In this document: positions 10,070 to 21,136 of the stretch, piece after piece
Layout: every line of letters starts with the position of its first letter
How positions within the stretch are numbered: the first letter of the stretch is position 1
NCBI GenBank assembly: GCA_963809485.1
Contig: CAWEJX010000020.1
Coordinates: 992,001-1,056,000, forward strand
DNA length: 64,000 bases
Direction of reading: 5' to 3'
DNA from: an uncultured Acidobacteriota bacterium
GTDB taxonomy: Bacteria; Acidobacteriota; UBA6911
Translations under genes and position numbers: made by a program
The notes under the pieces: model-generated
What the model was told of the DNA's origin: nothing
The model's input: the letters and a program-made list of their open reading frames with translations, nothing else
The model's database searches: none

Positions 10070-11683
10070 ATGACTCGAGAATTCCGGATCGGGGAGTGGC
10101 GAGTCGAGCCTGAACTGAACTGTATCACGAAGGGGAGCCATCGGATATCCATTGAGCCTCGAGTTATAGAGGTCCTTGCCTACATGGCGGATTACCCGGG
10201 GGAAGTGCTCTCGAAGAAGCAGATCATGAAGGCCGTCTGGCCGGACACCTATGTCAGCGACGAGGTGATCCGCTACTCGATTTCCGAGCTGCGCAAAGCC
10301 TTCAAAGACGACGCGAAAAACCCGCGCATTATTCAAACGATCGCACGCAGGGGCTACCGTTTGATCGCCCCGGTAACCAGGCAGGGGCCCGCAGCCGAAT
10401 CCAGGGGATCCATCGCCGTCCTGCCTTTTTCCGACTTGAGTCTGGCCGGAGACCAGGGATACCTGTGCGACGGGATCTCCGAGGAAATCATAAACAGCCT
10501 GAGCCGCATAAATGGCTTGCGGGTTTCCTCCCGCACATCTTCTTTCACTTACAAGGGAAAGTTGGAGGACATACGCTCGATCGGAAGGAGCCTTGGAGTT
10601 ACGACAGTGCTGGAAGGTAGCGTCCGGAAGGATGGAAATCAATTGCGCATTACGGTCCAGCTGACCAATGTGGAGGATGGATGCCTTCTCTGGTCGGAAA
10701 GCTACGACCGTGAACTGAAGCACGTTTTTGCCATCCAGGACGAAATAGCCCGGACCATCGCCTCCACCTTGAAGATTGCGCTGACTCCCAGGGAGCGCGT
10801 GGCCATAGGGAGGGCCCCGACGACCGACCTGCAGGCCTATGATTTCTACCTTCGCGGCCGTCAGTTTTTTTATCAGTACAAGCGCAAGGGCATCGAATTT
10901 GCCTTGAAGATGTTTTCCCATGCGATTGAACTTGATCCGGCTTTTGTGCGAGCTTTCGCCGGAATGGCGGATTGCTGCTCGTTTTTATACATGTACGCGG
11001 GAAGCCACGATCAGCACCGCCGGCAGGCCGACGAAATGAGCCGCAAAGCGCTCGAACTGGATCCGGAGTCGGCCGAAGCGCACGCTTCACGAGGCCTGGC
11101 CTGCACTTTGATGAAAAGCTATGCGGATGCGGAACAGGAATTTGAGAGGGCCATCCGGCTGGGCCCCAATCTCTTTGAAGCCTATTACCTGTATGGCAGG
11201 GCCTGTTTCGCACAGGGCAAACTGGAAAAAACCATTCAACTATACGAAAAAGCAATAGAAGTGAATCCTCAGGATTACCAGGTCCCCCTCCTGGTCGCCC
11301 AGATTTATGCGGATCTGGATGATGCTCCTAAGGCTGAAGCCTCCCGCCGTCGCGGCATCCGGGCCGCCGAAACGAAACTCAGGCTGAACCCGGACGATTC
11401 GAGGGCTCTGTATATGGGCGCCAACGGCCTGGTTGCGCTGGGCGAATATGAGAAGGGCCTGGAATGGGCACGTCAGGCCCTTGAAATCGACCCGGATGAG
11501 CCGATGGTCCTGTATAACGTCGGGTGTATCCAGTCGCTGGCCCACCAATACGACGACGCCCTCGATTCGCTCGAAAGAGCCTTCAAGAACGGTCTGACCG
11601 AGAAGGGCTGGTACGAGCACGACAGCAACCTGGATCCGTTGCGACCTCATCCCCGGTTCAAGCGTCTCCTCAAACAGCTGTAA
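10070..11683 (+). CDS. CadC-like winged-HTH + TolB-like N-domain + TPR regulator
   Basis: Trans_reg_C (IQTIARRGYRL), SIAVLPF..LS and multiple TPRs. Confidence 0.9.
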   Translation: MTREFRIGEWRVEPELNCITKGSHRISIEPRVIEVLAYMADYPGEVLSKKQIMKAVWPDTYVSDEVIRYSISELRKAFKDDAKNPRIIQTIARRGYRLIAPVTRQGPAAESRGSIAVLPFSDLSLAGDQGYLCDGISEEIINSLSRINGLRVSSRTSSFTYKGKLEDIRSIGRSLGVTTVLEGSVRKDGNQLRITVQLTNVEDGCLLWSESYDRELKHVFAIQDEIARTIASTLKIALTPRERVAIGRAPTTDLQAYDFYLRGRQFFYQYKRKGIEFALKMFSHAIELDPAFVRAFAGMADCCSFLYMYAGSHDQHRRQADEMSRKALELDPESAEAHASRGLACTLMKSYADAEQEFERAIRLGPNLFEAYYLYGRACFAQGKLEKTIQLYEKAIEVNPQDYQVPLLVAQIYADLDDAPKAEASRRRGIRAAETKLRLNPDDSRALYMGANGLVALGEYEKGLEWARQALEIDPDEPMVLYNVGCIQSLAHQYDDALDSLERAFKNGLTEKGWYEHDSNLDPLRPHPRFKRLLKQL

Positions 11684-11814
11684 TCCGGAATCACCCGAAT
11701 CCTCACAAAACCCTCACAAGAACCTGCGGTCGCAGGCCGTAATAATTAATCAGAAAGGGCGAGATACCCAAACCTAAACAGGGATGAGCGCCGCAAAACC
11801 ACAAAGGAGGATTT

Positions 11815-12237
11815 ATGAAAAAGCACCTGGTTGTTCTGAGTCTGATTTCGATGTTTGCCGTAACGATGAGCCTGGCATACGCAGCCGGAGGGGCTGCCAT
11901 GCGTGTGGATATTCCCTTTGATTTTTACATGGGAGACCAGTTGATGCCTGCAGGCATGTATCACTTTCAGATAGGCTCCGGCATCGCTGCGACCTCAGCG
12001 CTGCTCAAGGTTCGCGAACTGAATGGCGCCGGATACTTTGTTCTGACCACGCCGGCTACGACTGCGGGGAATTCCGACCAGAAGTTTTTACAGTTCCACA
12101 AATATGGCGAAAAGTATTTCCTGGCCAGCGTTGCGATTCACAATTACAGAGGGAATCTTAGTGAGCGCAAACTCGAGAGAGAATTGAAGGCACAGGATCA
12201 GGATGCGCAGGCCACGATACTGCTGGCCAGCAAGTAG
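11815..12237 (+). CDS. Secreted hypothetical protein (VDIPFDF...LPAG.Y type)
   Basis: Signal peptide; strong RBS AGGAGG; motif IPFDF-x-x-GD-x-x-MPAG-x-Y. Confidence 0.75.
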   Translation: MKKHLVVLSLISMFAVTMSLAYAAGGAAMRVDIPFDFYMGDQLMPAGMYHFQIGSGIAATSALLKVRELNGAGYFVLTTPATTAGNSDQKFLQFHKYGEKYFLASVAIHNYRGNLSERKLERELKAQDQDAQATILLASK

Positions 12238-12667
12238 GGCAAGGAGGCTTGCCTTTCGGTGAAACACCGCCTCTGCTTCTCCCCTTAAAAAGCTGGTCAG
12301 AGAAGCACAGAGGCGCTTATGAGACCCATTGCGACATGCGTAGCTGCTGCTGTGATCCTTTCCCCGGTGGCTCCGGTACCCGGCCCTGACGCAGGGACGA
12401 TGGAACGATTGAGGCGCGTATGGCCGCATCGGCAACAAAGATGCGGCCTACCGCGCCGGAAAAAAGCGATGTTTCCTCGATGTGAAGGGATCCTTCAGCG
12501 CACTCGGTGAAATCCGCAGCCCGTTATCCTCTGGCAAACCTTCGCCCGCCAATAAAACCTTCCCGCCGGCAATCCGGCCGGCATAAAATCCGGCGCTACG
12601 GATATTCCCGGCATGGGATAAAATCGGGCTGCAGATATCCCATTGGATTTTGCGGAAAGGAATAAAA

Positions 12668-13432
12668 ATGAATCGCGTTAAAGGCAAAGTAGCGATCGTT
12701 ACCGGCGCCGCCGGCGGGCTGGGCGGGGCCGAGGCTACCCTTCTGGCAGATGAAGGAGCCAAAGTTGTTGTGACGGATATCGACGAAGGCGCCATTGAAA
12801 AGCTTGCGGAATCCATTCGCAGCCGCGGCGGCGAGGCTCTCTCCATCAAACACGATGTAGCCAGTGAAGCCGAATGGATCGAGGTTATGGGCAAGACTCT
12901 GGACGCTTTCGGCAGGCTGGACGTCCTCGTCAACAACGCGGGAGTCATCATTTATAAAAAAATCGAGGATATTTCCCTGGACGAGTGGCGATGGCTCATG
13001 AGCGTGAATCTGGACGGCGTTTTTCTGGGTACCAAACACGCCATCGGCGCCATGAAGAAGAGCGGAGGCGGATCCATCATTAATATCGCCTCCACAGCGG
13101 CCTTGATCGGCAACCCGGATGCGTCGGCATATCACGCGAGCAAAGGAGGCGTCCGGCTGTTCAGCAAGGCTGCAGCCATCGAATGCTCGAAGGCAGGCTA
13201 CGGATACAATATCCGTGTGAACTCCATTTATCCGGGAGTCATCAACACCGCCATGGCGGATCCTCTGAAAAAGGATGAGAACAAGTACAACACGGCCGTA
13301 AGCTGGCATCCGATGGGGCATTTTGGCGAGCCGGAGGACATTGCCTATGGCGTGCTGTATCTTGCATCCGATGAGTCCAAATTCCTCACGGGTTCGGAGC
13401 TTGTGATCGACGGCGGCTGGACTTCCCGCTGA
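12668..13432 (+). CDS. SDR family oxidoreductase
   Basis: TGAAGGLG, NNAG and YHASK motifs. Confidence 0.93.
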   Translation: MNRVKGKVAIVTGAAGGLGGAEATLLADEGAKVVVTDIDEGAIEKLAESIRSRGGEALSIKHDVASEAEWIEVMGKTLDAFGRLDVLVNNAGVIIYKKIEDISLDEWRWLMSVNLDGVFLGTKHAIGAMKKSGGGSIINIASTAALIGNPDASAYHASKGGVRLFSKAAAIECSKAGYGYNIRVNSIYPGVINTAMADPLKKDENKYNTAVSWHPMGHFGEPEDIAYGVLYLASDESKFLTGSELVIDGGWTSR

Positions 13433-13507
13433 CGCAAACCGGCAACAGCCGATCTATCAATCCTCTGCGAAGGTGGGGATTATCGATGCATTGAGCGGTT
13501 GGACCGA

Positions 13508-14140
13508 CTAACGCACGCGAAAATTTCCGACTCCGAGGGAGTGCGCCAGAGCCCTGCACTGTTCGATTTCCTCGTCCGTCAGGGCAAAGCCGACAACACT
13601 CGCCTGAATCCTCTCGAAAAAAGCCGGGGCACGCTTAAGGAAATCCAGCGTCGCTTCCCAAAAGTCTTCCGGGGTCAGCCCGGCGCGGCCGGAATCCGGA
13701 ATCGACCGAAGATCCGGGAGGCACAGCTCCAGATACTTTCCCAGGTTCGGAGCGTTCAACGAGACCGAGACCTCATCCACGGCCCGCGAAAGCTCCTCGA
13801 GCACATCCCGGCCATGAATGAGACAGGCATGGCCGTTGGTATTGAGCCGGATTTTTGCGCCATGTCTGCGCAGCCATGGCGACGCCGCGGTAATCAGATC
13901 CAGGCGGTAGGTCGGCTCCCCGAATCCGCACCAGATGAATTCGACGATCTTCTCGAGGGGTCCACGCTGAAGCACGGCTTTTTGGAGCTGACTCAGGTCA
14001 GGCTCTGTACCACCCCACAGGACCGCGCCTCCCAAGCCACGGCTGTAATTCCGGACACAAAATGAACACCGGTTGGTACAGCGGTTGGTCCCATTGAGGT
14101 AAAGGCGGCCCGGATCTCCATAGATGTATGCGTATTCCAT
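13508..14140 (-). CDS. Radical SAM protein, TatD-associated family
   Basis: LYLNGTNRCTNRCSFCVR (CX3CX2C), CGFGEPT and RLNTNGH motifs. Confidence 0.88.
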   Translation of the reverse strand: MEYAYIYGDPGRLYLNGTNRCTNRCSFCVRNYSRGLGGAVLWGGTEPDLSQLQKAVLQRGPLEKIVEFIWCGFGEPTYRLDLITAASPWLRRHGAKIRLNTNGHACLIHGRDVLEELSRAVDEVSVSLNAPNLGKYLELCLPDLRSIPDSGRAGLTPEDFWEATLDFLKRAPAFFERIQASVVGFALTDEEIEQCRALAHSLGVGNFRVR

Positions 14141-14326
14141 AGCGTATGCAGCTGCGCGGCGGCTGCAGCCGATGGCCTCCCGGGGGGAAGTCGGGCGCCG
14201 CTTTTCGTGGCTACCCACCCTGGCAATAGGAAACCCCGGAATCCTGACGTTCCAAATTAACAGAAATCAAAGAAACGCAGGCATTCCGAGGTCTTAACAG
14301 GTTACTGTACCCGGAGATCGCCGGGA

Positions 14327-15157
14327 TTATGGTTTTTCCAGCGTTGCGTTCCAGTTGCTCTGGTCCGTGCCGTATTTCAGACGCGCCGAAATTGTTTCAC
14401 CGTTCACATTCCCGATGTACTCCGCTTCGCCTGCGGTTAAACTGATCTCGTTGCCCGTCAATTTACCGATTACGGGCGTGCTTTTACCATTCAGATCGAG
14501 CGTTCCGGAAAGCATCTGATATTTCTGCTGGAGGGTGAGTTCGCCCTGAGGCAGCTTCCACTTCCCTTCCGCCTTTGCGGGCACTATCCAGAGATAGGCC
14601 GTACACCATGTGGCGCAGCCGTTTTCCAGGCTTACGGTCCCATCCGCCTCCCAATCCTCCATGGTGAAGGAGTTTGAGACGATCCGTGTCCCCGGCTTCA
14701 GGTTCAGCAGCTTGGGGCGAAGCCGGATGTTGATATCCGGGAGCAGAAACATCGTAATCACGGTAGCGCCCGAAAAGTCACTCTCGAACAGGTCTGCCTT
14801 GGCGAAGGCGGCCTTGTCCGTTACACCCTGCTCAAGGGCATTTTTTTTCGAAAGCTCGACCATATCGGGGTTGTATTCGATACCCAGCGCCCGGGTGCCT
14901 CGCTTTGCGGCGGTTATGACGGTGCGTCCATCGCCGGAGCCCAGGTCGATCAGGTAATCCTGGGGCGTAACCTTCGCAAGCTCGAGCATTTTATCGACCA
15001 GTTCCTGCTGCGTCGGCACCCAGACCACATCCTTGCCGGGTTGTCCCACGACCGGTTCGTAACCGCTCAGCTGCGGCTCCTGGGCCAGAATGAACGAAGT
15101 ACTTGAGATAAGAGTGAATACCAAAATCATGCAAAATAGGGGATGCCCTCGTTTCAT
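14327..15157 (-). CDS. Secreted class I SAM-dependent methyltransferase
   Basis: Signal peptide; DVVWVPT and DLGSGDGR motifs. Confidence 0.88.
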   Translation of the reverse strand: MKRGHPLFCMILVFTLISSTSFILAQEPQLSGYEPVVGQPGKDVVWVPTQQELVDKMLELAKVTPQDYLIDLGSGDGRTVITAAKRGTRALGIEYNPDMVELSKKNALEQGVTDKAAFAKADLFESDFSGATVITMFLLPDINIRLRPKLLNLKPGTRIVSNSFTMEDWEADGTVSLENGCATWCTAYLWIVPAKAEGKWKLPQGELTLQQKYQMLSGTLDLNGKSTPVIGKLTGNEISLTAGEAEYIGNVNGETISARLKYGTDQSNWNATLEKP

Positions 15158-15411
15158 ATTTCAGCTCCTGTCCGGATTAAGTGCTACCAAAAAGCGAGTG
15201 ATTATAACTCCGGGCAAATACTTATGGCACATGGAAATTCATCAGCGAATATTTATGGAGCAGGCCGGCAATTGGACGCGCGAGCAGCCGGGAGCGGCAG
15301 CCGGCTCAATCCGGCGTCCTGTATAGCCAATCGCTGCGCCATCTGCTAAGCTCGACCCGGCCGGATGCCTGATCCGGAAAAACCTTTGGACATATAACGG
15401 GAGAAACCCGT

Positions 15412-16185
15412 ATGAAGGATCACTCTTTGAACGGCAAAGTTGCGATCGTTACCGGAGGCAGAAGAGGCATAGGCAGGGCTATTGCGCTTGCATTCGCCGC
15501 AGATGGAGCCGATGTCGCAGTTTCCGACCGGGTCGCCGACGATGGCAGGCTTCAGGAAACGGCGGCGAATATCATGGAACTGGGCCGGCGGTCACTGGCG
15601 CTGCGGGTCGACGTCTCGCGGCGTCGAGACGTGGAGGAAATGGTCCAGCTCGTGATGGAAGGTTTCGGGAGGATCGATGTTCTGGTGAACTGCGCAGGCA
15701 TATGGATACCCGGACAAACCCTGACCGAATGCAGTGAGGAAAATTGGGACAATGTCATCGATACGAATCTAAAGGGGACCTACCTCTGCTGCCAGACAGC
15801 GGGAAAAATTATGGCCGGGCAGAACAGCGGCTGCATCGTCAACCTCTCTTCCCAGGTGGGAATCACTCCCGGCACCGGCGTCGGCGCCTATTCTGTTTCA
15901 AAAGCCGGAATCATCATGCTCACTCGGCAACTCGCTCTGGAACTGGCTTCCTTCCACGTCAGGGTGAATGCGCTGGCGCCCGGGATCGTTAAAACGGATT
16001 TCAACTCCGCTTTCTGGCAGGATCCCAAAGTTGAAAAGCGGACCTCCGGCATGGTGCCTCTGGGCCGTTTGGCAGAACCCGAGGACATCGCGGAGGCGGC
16101 TCTTTTCCTTGCATCGGAAAGATCGGGCTATGTAACCGGCGAGGTCCTTTGCGTAAACGGCGGATGGACGCCTGCCAGTGGTTAG
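15412..16185 (+). CDS. SDR family oxidoreductase
   Basis: TGGRRGIG and YSVSK motifs. Confidence 0.93.
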   Translation: MKDHSLNGKVAIVTGGRRGIGRAIALAFAADGADVAVSDRVADDGRLQETAANIMELGRRSLALRVDVSRRRDVEEMVQLVMEGFGRIDVLVNCAGIWIPGQTLTECSEENWDNVIDTNLKGTYLCCQTAGKIMAGQNSGCIVNLSSQVGITPGTGVGAYSVSKAGIIMLTRQLALELASFHVRVNALAPGIVKTDFNSAFWQDPKVEKRTSGMVPLGRLAEPEDIAEAALFLASERSGYVTGEVLCVNGGWTPASG

Positions 16186-16273
16186 CGGTTAGTGGTTAGT
16201 GATTAGTGATTAGAACATTCTTGATTAATCACAATTTTAATGATCCAGGAAATAATCGTTCCACGTTCCGCTG

Positions 16274-16840
16274 CTATTTCAGACGTCTGGCCAATTGGCA
16301 GACGCTGGTGCCGAGGAGTCGGGCTTCCTGCATGGCCGACATGTCGATGCCGCCGCCTACTCCCGTCAGGACATCTCCGACTTCCCTTCCGTAGCCGATG
16401 GCTCCGCCGGCCACAATCATGCCCTGTGCGATACAAAACGAGTAGAGCAGCGACCGCGCCTGAATCGCTCCGACTCTTCTTGTGACAACCAGGGCGCCCG
16501 CCACCTTGTCTTTCAGCGCCCGGCGCCCGAGAAGGGCGAACATTCGATCCATGACCGCCTTCATCTGTGCGCTGACCGTGCCGAAATAGACCGGGCTGCC
16601 GAAAATCACAGCGTCCGCGCGCTCGAGCATGGCATATAGCTCCTGCATTTCGTCCTGAACGATACAGGCGCCGGCCTCGAAGCAGATCCCGCATGCATCA
16701 CAAGGTGCCACGCTTTTTTCCGACATGCGGAACATTTCAGTCTCGAAGCCTGCTTCGCGGCACACTTTCAAAACTTCATTCATCAGGATCTCGGTGTTGC
16801 CGTTTTTGCGGGGACTGCCCACAATTCCCAGAATTTTCAT
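16274..16840 (-). CDS. Flavodoxin family / iron-sulfur flavoprotein
   Basis: GSPRKNGNT, CDACGIC..C and GSPVYFG motifs. Confidence 0.9.
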   Translation of the reverse strand: MKILGIVGSPRKNGNTEILMNEVLKVCREAGFETEMFRMSEKSVAPCDACGICFEAGACIVQDEMQELYAMLERADAVIFGSPVYFGTVSAQMKAVMDRMFALLGRRALKDKVAGALVVTRRVGAIQARSLLYSFCIAQGMIVAGGAIGYGREVGDVLTGVGGGIDMSAMQEARLLGTSVCQLARRLK

Positions 16841-16918
16841 CCACACCTCCCTGCTTTGTAAGTCCGGGGATTATTAACACGGGACTGGACGACAGAATCC
16901 GCCCGGATGCCCGTCCCG

Positions 16919-18160
16919 TCAATCTTTGAATAGAGACAGCTGTTTCTTTTTCGCGGAAGCGTCCGCGGATGGCCTTTTCATGTCGTCAAAAACGCTCCGG
17001 CCGCCCAGATCCCGGGATATGGCCTTATCGTGCGCGATGGCGGCGCCGAAATCGGCACGCGGTTCATACCGGTCTTCGACCGTCCGGGTGAATTGTTCGA
17101 GACGCCGGAAGCCGTCCAGCTTATCGCTGCGGCCCAGTTTCGCGGCATCCAGGGAAGCCCGAAGCACCGAAACCGATTCGTCGTACGTCTTGAGCGGCAC
17201 AGGAAAGGGATGCCGGTCCTTGCCGCCCAGGGCGAAGGAAAAACGCGCCGGATCGGAAAAGCGTGTGGGCGCGCCGTGGACCACTTCGGCGATGAGCGCA
17301 AGCGAATGCAGCGTTCGGGGCCCCAGATTCTCGAGCAAGAGAAGCGAGGCAAAATCGCGGAGCTCGCGTTCGTAGGCTACGGCCAGCACAGCGCCCAGCC
17401 GCTCAAGGTTAAGGTCGCCAGGCAGAAGATTGTGTCTCCCGGGCATAATCAGCTTTCTGGCCGTGCGCAGGGTTGTGTCGGGATTTTCGCCGGCAATCTG
17501 CAGGAGTGCTTTCTGTGCCGTTTTGGCCTTGGCATCCACCAGGTTCATTATGATTCCCTGATGCTCCCCCGCAATCCCGGTGTGAGGCTCCGATGTGAAA
17601 TCGCTTACTGAAGCGGAGTGCCAGTGATAGCGGCGGGCCATCGCAAGTGCCTCGTTCATGCCCTGCTGTACGACCGTCCATTCGCCCAGCGCGCTCAGAA
17701 TCAGGGTATGCAGGTAGATCTGGAAGCCGTCGCCGATGGCATTATTGTCTATGCGGGCCGTCAGCCGGCTGGTTCTTACAAGCGCCTCCCCATCCAGCGA
17801 CTTTTTTTCCGCGATGGCCCGCAGCTCGTTCGGCGTCTGTAACGAATGCTTCCCGCGCCCACCGCAGATATAGATTCCCAACTCGTCGGCGCGCGGAGCA
17901 AGGCCTCTTTTGAGGGCTCCCATAACCGAGGTGGTGATGCCGGAGGAATGCCAATCCATGCCCATCACCGCGCCCAGAGCCTGGAACCAGAACGGGTCGG
18001 CCAGCCTGGAGAGCAGCTCGGAATGCCCGTAATGATAGAGCACCGACTCAACGATCGCCGTGCCGAGCCTGGTCATTCGTTCGGCAAGCCAGGATGGCAC
18101 CCGGCCGCTGTGCAGCGGCAGGTCTGCGGTTCCCGAGCGTTTCATGGATGGATTATACAT
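16919..18160 (-). CDS. DUF763 domain protein
   Basis: ADLPLH.G.VP.WL, GMDWHSSGITT, VVQQGMN and FSFALGGKD motifs. Confidence 0.92.
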   Translation of the reverse strand: MYNPSMKRSGTADLPLHSGRVPSWLAERMTRLGTAIVESVLYHYGHSELLSRLADPFWFQALGAVMGMDWHSSGITTSVMGALKRGLAPRADELGIYICGGRGKHSLQTPNELRAIAEKKSLDGEALVRTSRLTARIDNNAIGDGFQIYLHTLILSALGEWTVVQQGMNEALAMARRYHWHSASVSDFTSEPHTGIAGEHQGIIMNLVDAKAKTAQKALLQIAGENPDTTLRTARKLIMPGRHNLLPGDLNLERLGAVLAVAYERELRDFASLLLLENLGPRTLHSLALIAEVVHGAPTRFSDPARFSFALGGKDRHPFPVPLKTYDESVSVLRASLDAAKLGRSDKLDGFRRLEQFTRTVEDRYEPRADFGAAIAHDKAISRDLGGRSVFDDMKRPSADASAKKKQLSLFKD

Positions 18161-18251
18161 CCGCCAGCCGCTGGAAATTAGCCATTGCGGAGACAGGGAT
18201 TGGCTGTAGCCGGAAATTTGCGCAATTCCGGGGTCAATTGTGGCGATTGCG

Positions 18252-19016
18252 CTACAGGAACCGAAGGACCAGGGTAAGCGCTGCGATCATGAGAACACCG
18301 GTGGAAAAGCTGACGAGCACGCCGGCGCGGCTGTGTTTGATCAACTCGCCGAAGACTGCGTGAAGGGCCAGGAAAATGAATCCGCCGCCCACATGCGCCA
18401 GAAGTATCTCCAGCCAAAGGCCCGATATCTGAGGCGCCGCCCATAATCCAATCGCGCCGCCTAACAGCGTTGCCGCTTCGATCGCAGCCACCCAAACCAG
18501 GGCGGTTGTGCGCCGGAAACCGGCAGCCAACAGCAGAGCGCCCAGCGCAAGCCCCTCGGGGACCTTGTGCACGCAGATTGCGAGAAGCAGTGCGGCGCTG
18601 AGGCTGCCGGCCATATCCGGATCTTCGCCCAGGGCAAGCGCCAGCCCGTCCATGGTGCTGTGCAGACCCAAGGCGATAACCATGGCCGATGCTATCTCAC
18701 TGAACCTGTGTGTCGTGGCTTCATCGAAATGGCTCGCAGCGCATGCCGGGCAAACATGAAACACGTAGCGGCTGATGAGCCAGAAAACCAGATATCCCGA
18801 AGCAAGCGCACCGGCAAGCTGCACCCAGGGCATTTTGTCAAAACACTCGGGGATGATTGAAAAGACGGTGACGCCCAGAAGGGTTCCAGCCGCCAGACTG
18901 ATCAGGCGGCAGAGGCGCTTGTGCGAAACAGCCGTCATGGAGCTTATAGCCCCTCCGGCCACGGCCAAAAGGAAGGCCAGCGAAACCCTGAATATTACAT
19001 CCCACGAATCCTGCAA
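18252..19016 (-). CDS. ZIP family metal (zinc) transporter
   Basis: LHSTMDG and VHKVPEG motifs with multiple TMs; start position uncertain. Confidence 0.88.
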   Translation of the reverse strand: MQDSWDVIFRVSLAFLLAVAGGAISSMTAVSHKRLCRLISLAAGTLLGVTVFSIIPECFDKMPWVQLAGALASGYLVFWLISRYVFHVCPACAASHFDEATTHRFSEIASAMVIALGLHSTMDGLALALGEDPDMAGSLSAALLLAICVHKVPEGLALGALLLAAGFRRTTALVWVAAIEAATLLGGAIGLWAAPQISGLWLEILLAHVGGGFIFLALHAVFGELIKHSRAGVLVSFSTGVLMIAALTLVLRFL

Positions 19017-19103
19017 GGGGCCTCCGTACGCTCCCGGCAATAATGTTGGGAGAGTTATTGCGAATGCATTTGCATTGTCCACATTCTGTGCAGGTTGTCA
19101 AGT

Positions 19104-19127
19104 TTATTGCAGTCGCGCTTGCAATAA
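19104..19127. promoter_or_regulatory. Candidate Zur/Fur operator
   Basis: TTATTGCA-N8-TGCAATAA palindrome between the divergent ZIP and Fur-family genes; a weaker copy lies near 19055-19078. Confidence 0.6.
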
Positions 19128-19133
19128 CAAAAA

Positions 19134-19538
19134 ATGCAGGCTAGGATGGGCCTGGAGTCAGTCAGCATGAAGCGGAAAACAAATCAAAGGAATGCCATCC
19201 AGGAGGTTTTTCAGAAAATCGACCGGCCTTTAGGCGTAGACGAAATTCTTGAGGCTGGACGCCAGACGGTAGGATCTCTCAACCAGGCAACTGTTTATCG
19301 CAACCTGAAGATTCTCGTCCAGTCCGGCTGGCTGAAAAAGATCCACACACCCGAACTGGGATCGCTTTATGAAAAGGCCGGCAAGGAGCATCACCATCAT
19401 TTTCAATGCAGGTCCTGCGACCGGCTGTTCGAGATATCCGGCTGCGCATTCAACGAGCGCAGCCTGACTCCGCCGGGATTCGTCACCGAAAGCCATGAGG
19501 TTTACCTGTTCGGCCTCTGTCCGGCGTGCAAAGGTTAA
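19134..19538 (+). CDS. Fur family regulator (probably Zur)
   Basis: [17 protein letters not shown] and CPAC motifs; divergent from the ZIP gene. Confidence 0.9.
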   Translation: MQARMGLESVSMKRKTNQRNAIQEVFQKIDRPLGVDEILEAGRQTVGSLNQATVYRNLKILVQSGWLKKIHTPELGSLYEKAGKEHHHHFQCRSCDRLFEISGCAFNERSLTPPGFVTESHEVYLFGLCPACKG

Positions 19539-19697
19539 AAACGAGTGTTTGTCTGCATCCATTCCCTGAAGTTTCCTGTTTTTTGCGCCACAGTCTGTCG
19601 AATATTCTGATTTCTGCAGTCCATCCTTTTGAATAGCCGAAAATGCCCTGTCTGATAAAAGCTTTTCACGCGGAGACGCGGAGTCCGCGGAGAAAGA

Positions 19698-19952
19698 AAT
19701 CCCTGGAAATTCCTGGGAATTCCTGAATTCCTGGTTCCTGAATTACAATTCCTGGACAATTCCTGGACAATCCCTGGACACCCATTTATTCCACCCATTT
19801 ATTCCACCCATTTATTCCAAATCCCTGGGAAATCCCTGGGGAGGAAATCCCTGGACACACACTTATCTGGAATCCGCTTATCTGGGGAAATCCCGAAATC
19901 CCGGACACCCACTTATCTGGAATCCCTGAATCCCTGGACACACACTTATTTG
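19698..19952. repeat. Tandem degenerate repeats (AAT(C/T)CCTGGA; GGACAC(C/A)CA(T/C)TTAT) at the left end of the RAYT-like element
   Basis: Repeated units are directly visible; one inverted copy AAATAGTGGGTGTCC at ~21354-21368. Confidence 0.8.
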
Positions 19953-20020
19953 CCGATTTGTGTGTTTTCTTTTAGCACATACCATGGATTCATCATTAGA
20001 CGTATCGAAAGGAGTGAACC

Positions 20021-21136
20021 ATGACTATGCCACGAAGCAAATATGTCCAGGAAGGACAAGATGGCGTCTATCACTGCTTCAGCCGCTGCGTCCGCAGGGC
20101 GTTTCTATACGGATTCGATCCACACTCCGGCCGCGACTTCTCCCACCGCAAAGCTTGGCTGGTCGACAGGTTACGGTTTCTCTCCGCCATTTTTGCCATC
20201 GATGTCTGTGCTTTCGCCGTCATGCAAAACCACTTCCACGTCATTCTTCGTATCTGCCTCGAAATCGCCGCCGCCTGGTCCGATCGCGAGGTGGCCATCC
20301 GATGGCTTACCCTCTTCCCTATACGGCACGCACCCCCTTCTGAAGCCCAGATCTGCGCCCTGGCCGATTGCCCCGATCGTATTGCCGTATTGCGCCAAAG
20401 ACTCTGCAGCCTCAGCTGGTTTATGGGCCGACTCAACGAATTTATCGCCCGAGCCGCTAATAAAGAAGATAACGTCAAGGGCAGATTCTGGGAATCCCGA
20501 TTCAAATGTCAGGCCCTGCTCGACGAGGCTGCCATTGCCGCCTGTATGGTTTATGTGGATCTGAATCCCATCCGTGCCGGCCTGGCCCCAACTCCCGAAG
20601 AAAGCGACTTCACCAGCATTCAGGAACGGATTCGCGCCTGGCAGAACGAAATGACCAGCAAAGCTCTGATAACCAGCGAGTTAACTCAGCACAACCCGGA
20701 CGATTCTTCCGCGGAGAACATGCCAATGTCGGAAGACAAAAGGGGTATTCCCGGCTGCAATCCCGAGGCTATCCCTGTCGGTTCTGTCAACTCCTCATCC
20801 CTTTGGCTGTGTCCCATTCAATCAGATACCCACCGTCGCGGCATCCTGCAGATGACTGAAGCCGATTACTTCAATCTGGTAGACCAGTCGGGGCGCCTAT
20901 TGCGGGCTGACAAACGCGGAGCCATTGATCCCCAGCTCGCACCCATTCTGCTGCGCATTGGAGCCAATCCCCAAGCCTGGATAGATACCATTTCCCATTT
21001 CGGTCCGAAATTCCGTCTCGCTGCTGGCCTAATTTCCAGCCTGCGCGATTTTGCAGATCAGCTCGGCCGAAGGTGGCTTGTTGGCTTATCCGCAGCTCGA
21101 AATGCTTTTGCAGCTCCTTCGGCGCAATCAAGCTGA
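20021..21136 (+). CDS. REP-associated-type (Y1 HUH) tyrosine transposase
   Basis: YHCFSRCVRRAFL, MQNHFHV (HUH), GRFWESRFK and YVDLNPIRAG motifs. Confidence 0.9.
   Translation: MTMPRSKYVQEGQDGVYHCFSRCVRRAFLYGFDPHSGRDFSHRKAWLVDRLRFLSAIFAIDVCAFAVMQNHFHVILRICLEIAAAWSDREVAIRWLTLFPIRHAPPSEAQICALADCPDRIAVLRQRLCSLSWFMGRLNEFIARAANKEDNVKGRFWESRFKCQALLDEAAIAACMVYVDLNPIRAGLAPTPEESDFTSIQERIRAWQNEMTSKALITSELTQHNPDDSSAENMPMSEDKRGIPGCNPEAIPVGSVNSSSLWLCPIQSDTHRRGILQMTEADYFNLVDQSGRLLRADKRGAIDPQLAPILLRIGANPQAWIDTISHFGPKFRLAAGLISSLRDFADQLGRRWLVGLSAARNAFAAPSAQSS

Noticed and set aside
9146-10921. 591-aa minus-strand ORF and similar long antisense ORFs (e.g. 5895-6779, 12596-13321)
   Set aside because: Shadow ORFs opposite well-supported genes in GC-rich DNA.
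19698-19952. Possible CRISPR array
   Set aside because: Units are short, degenerate and contiguous, with no unique spacers and no cas genes.
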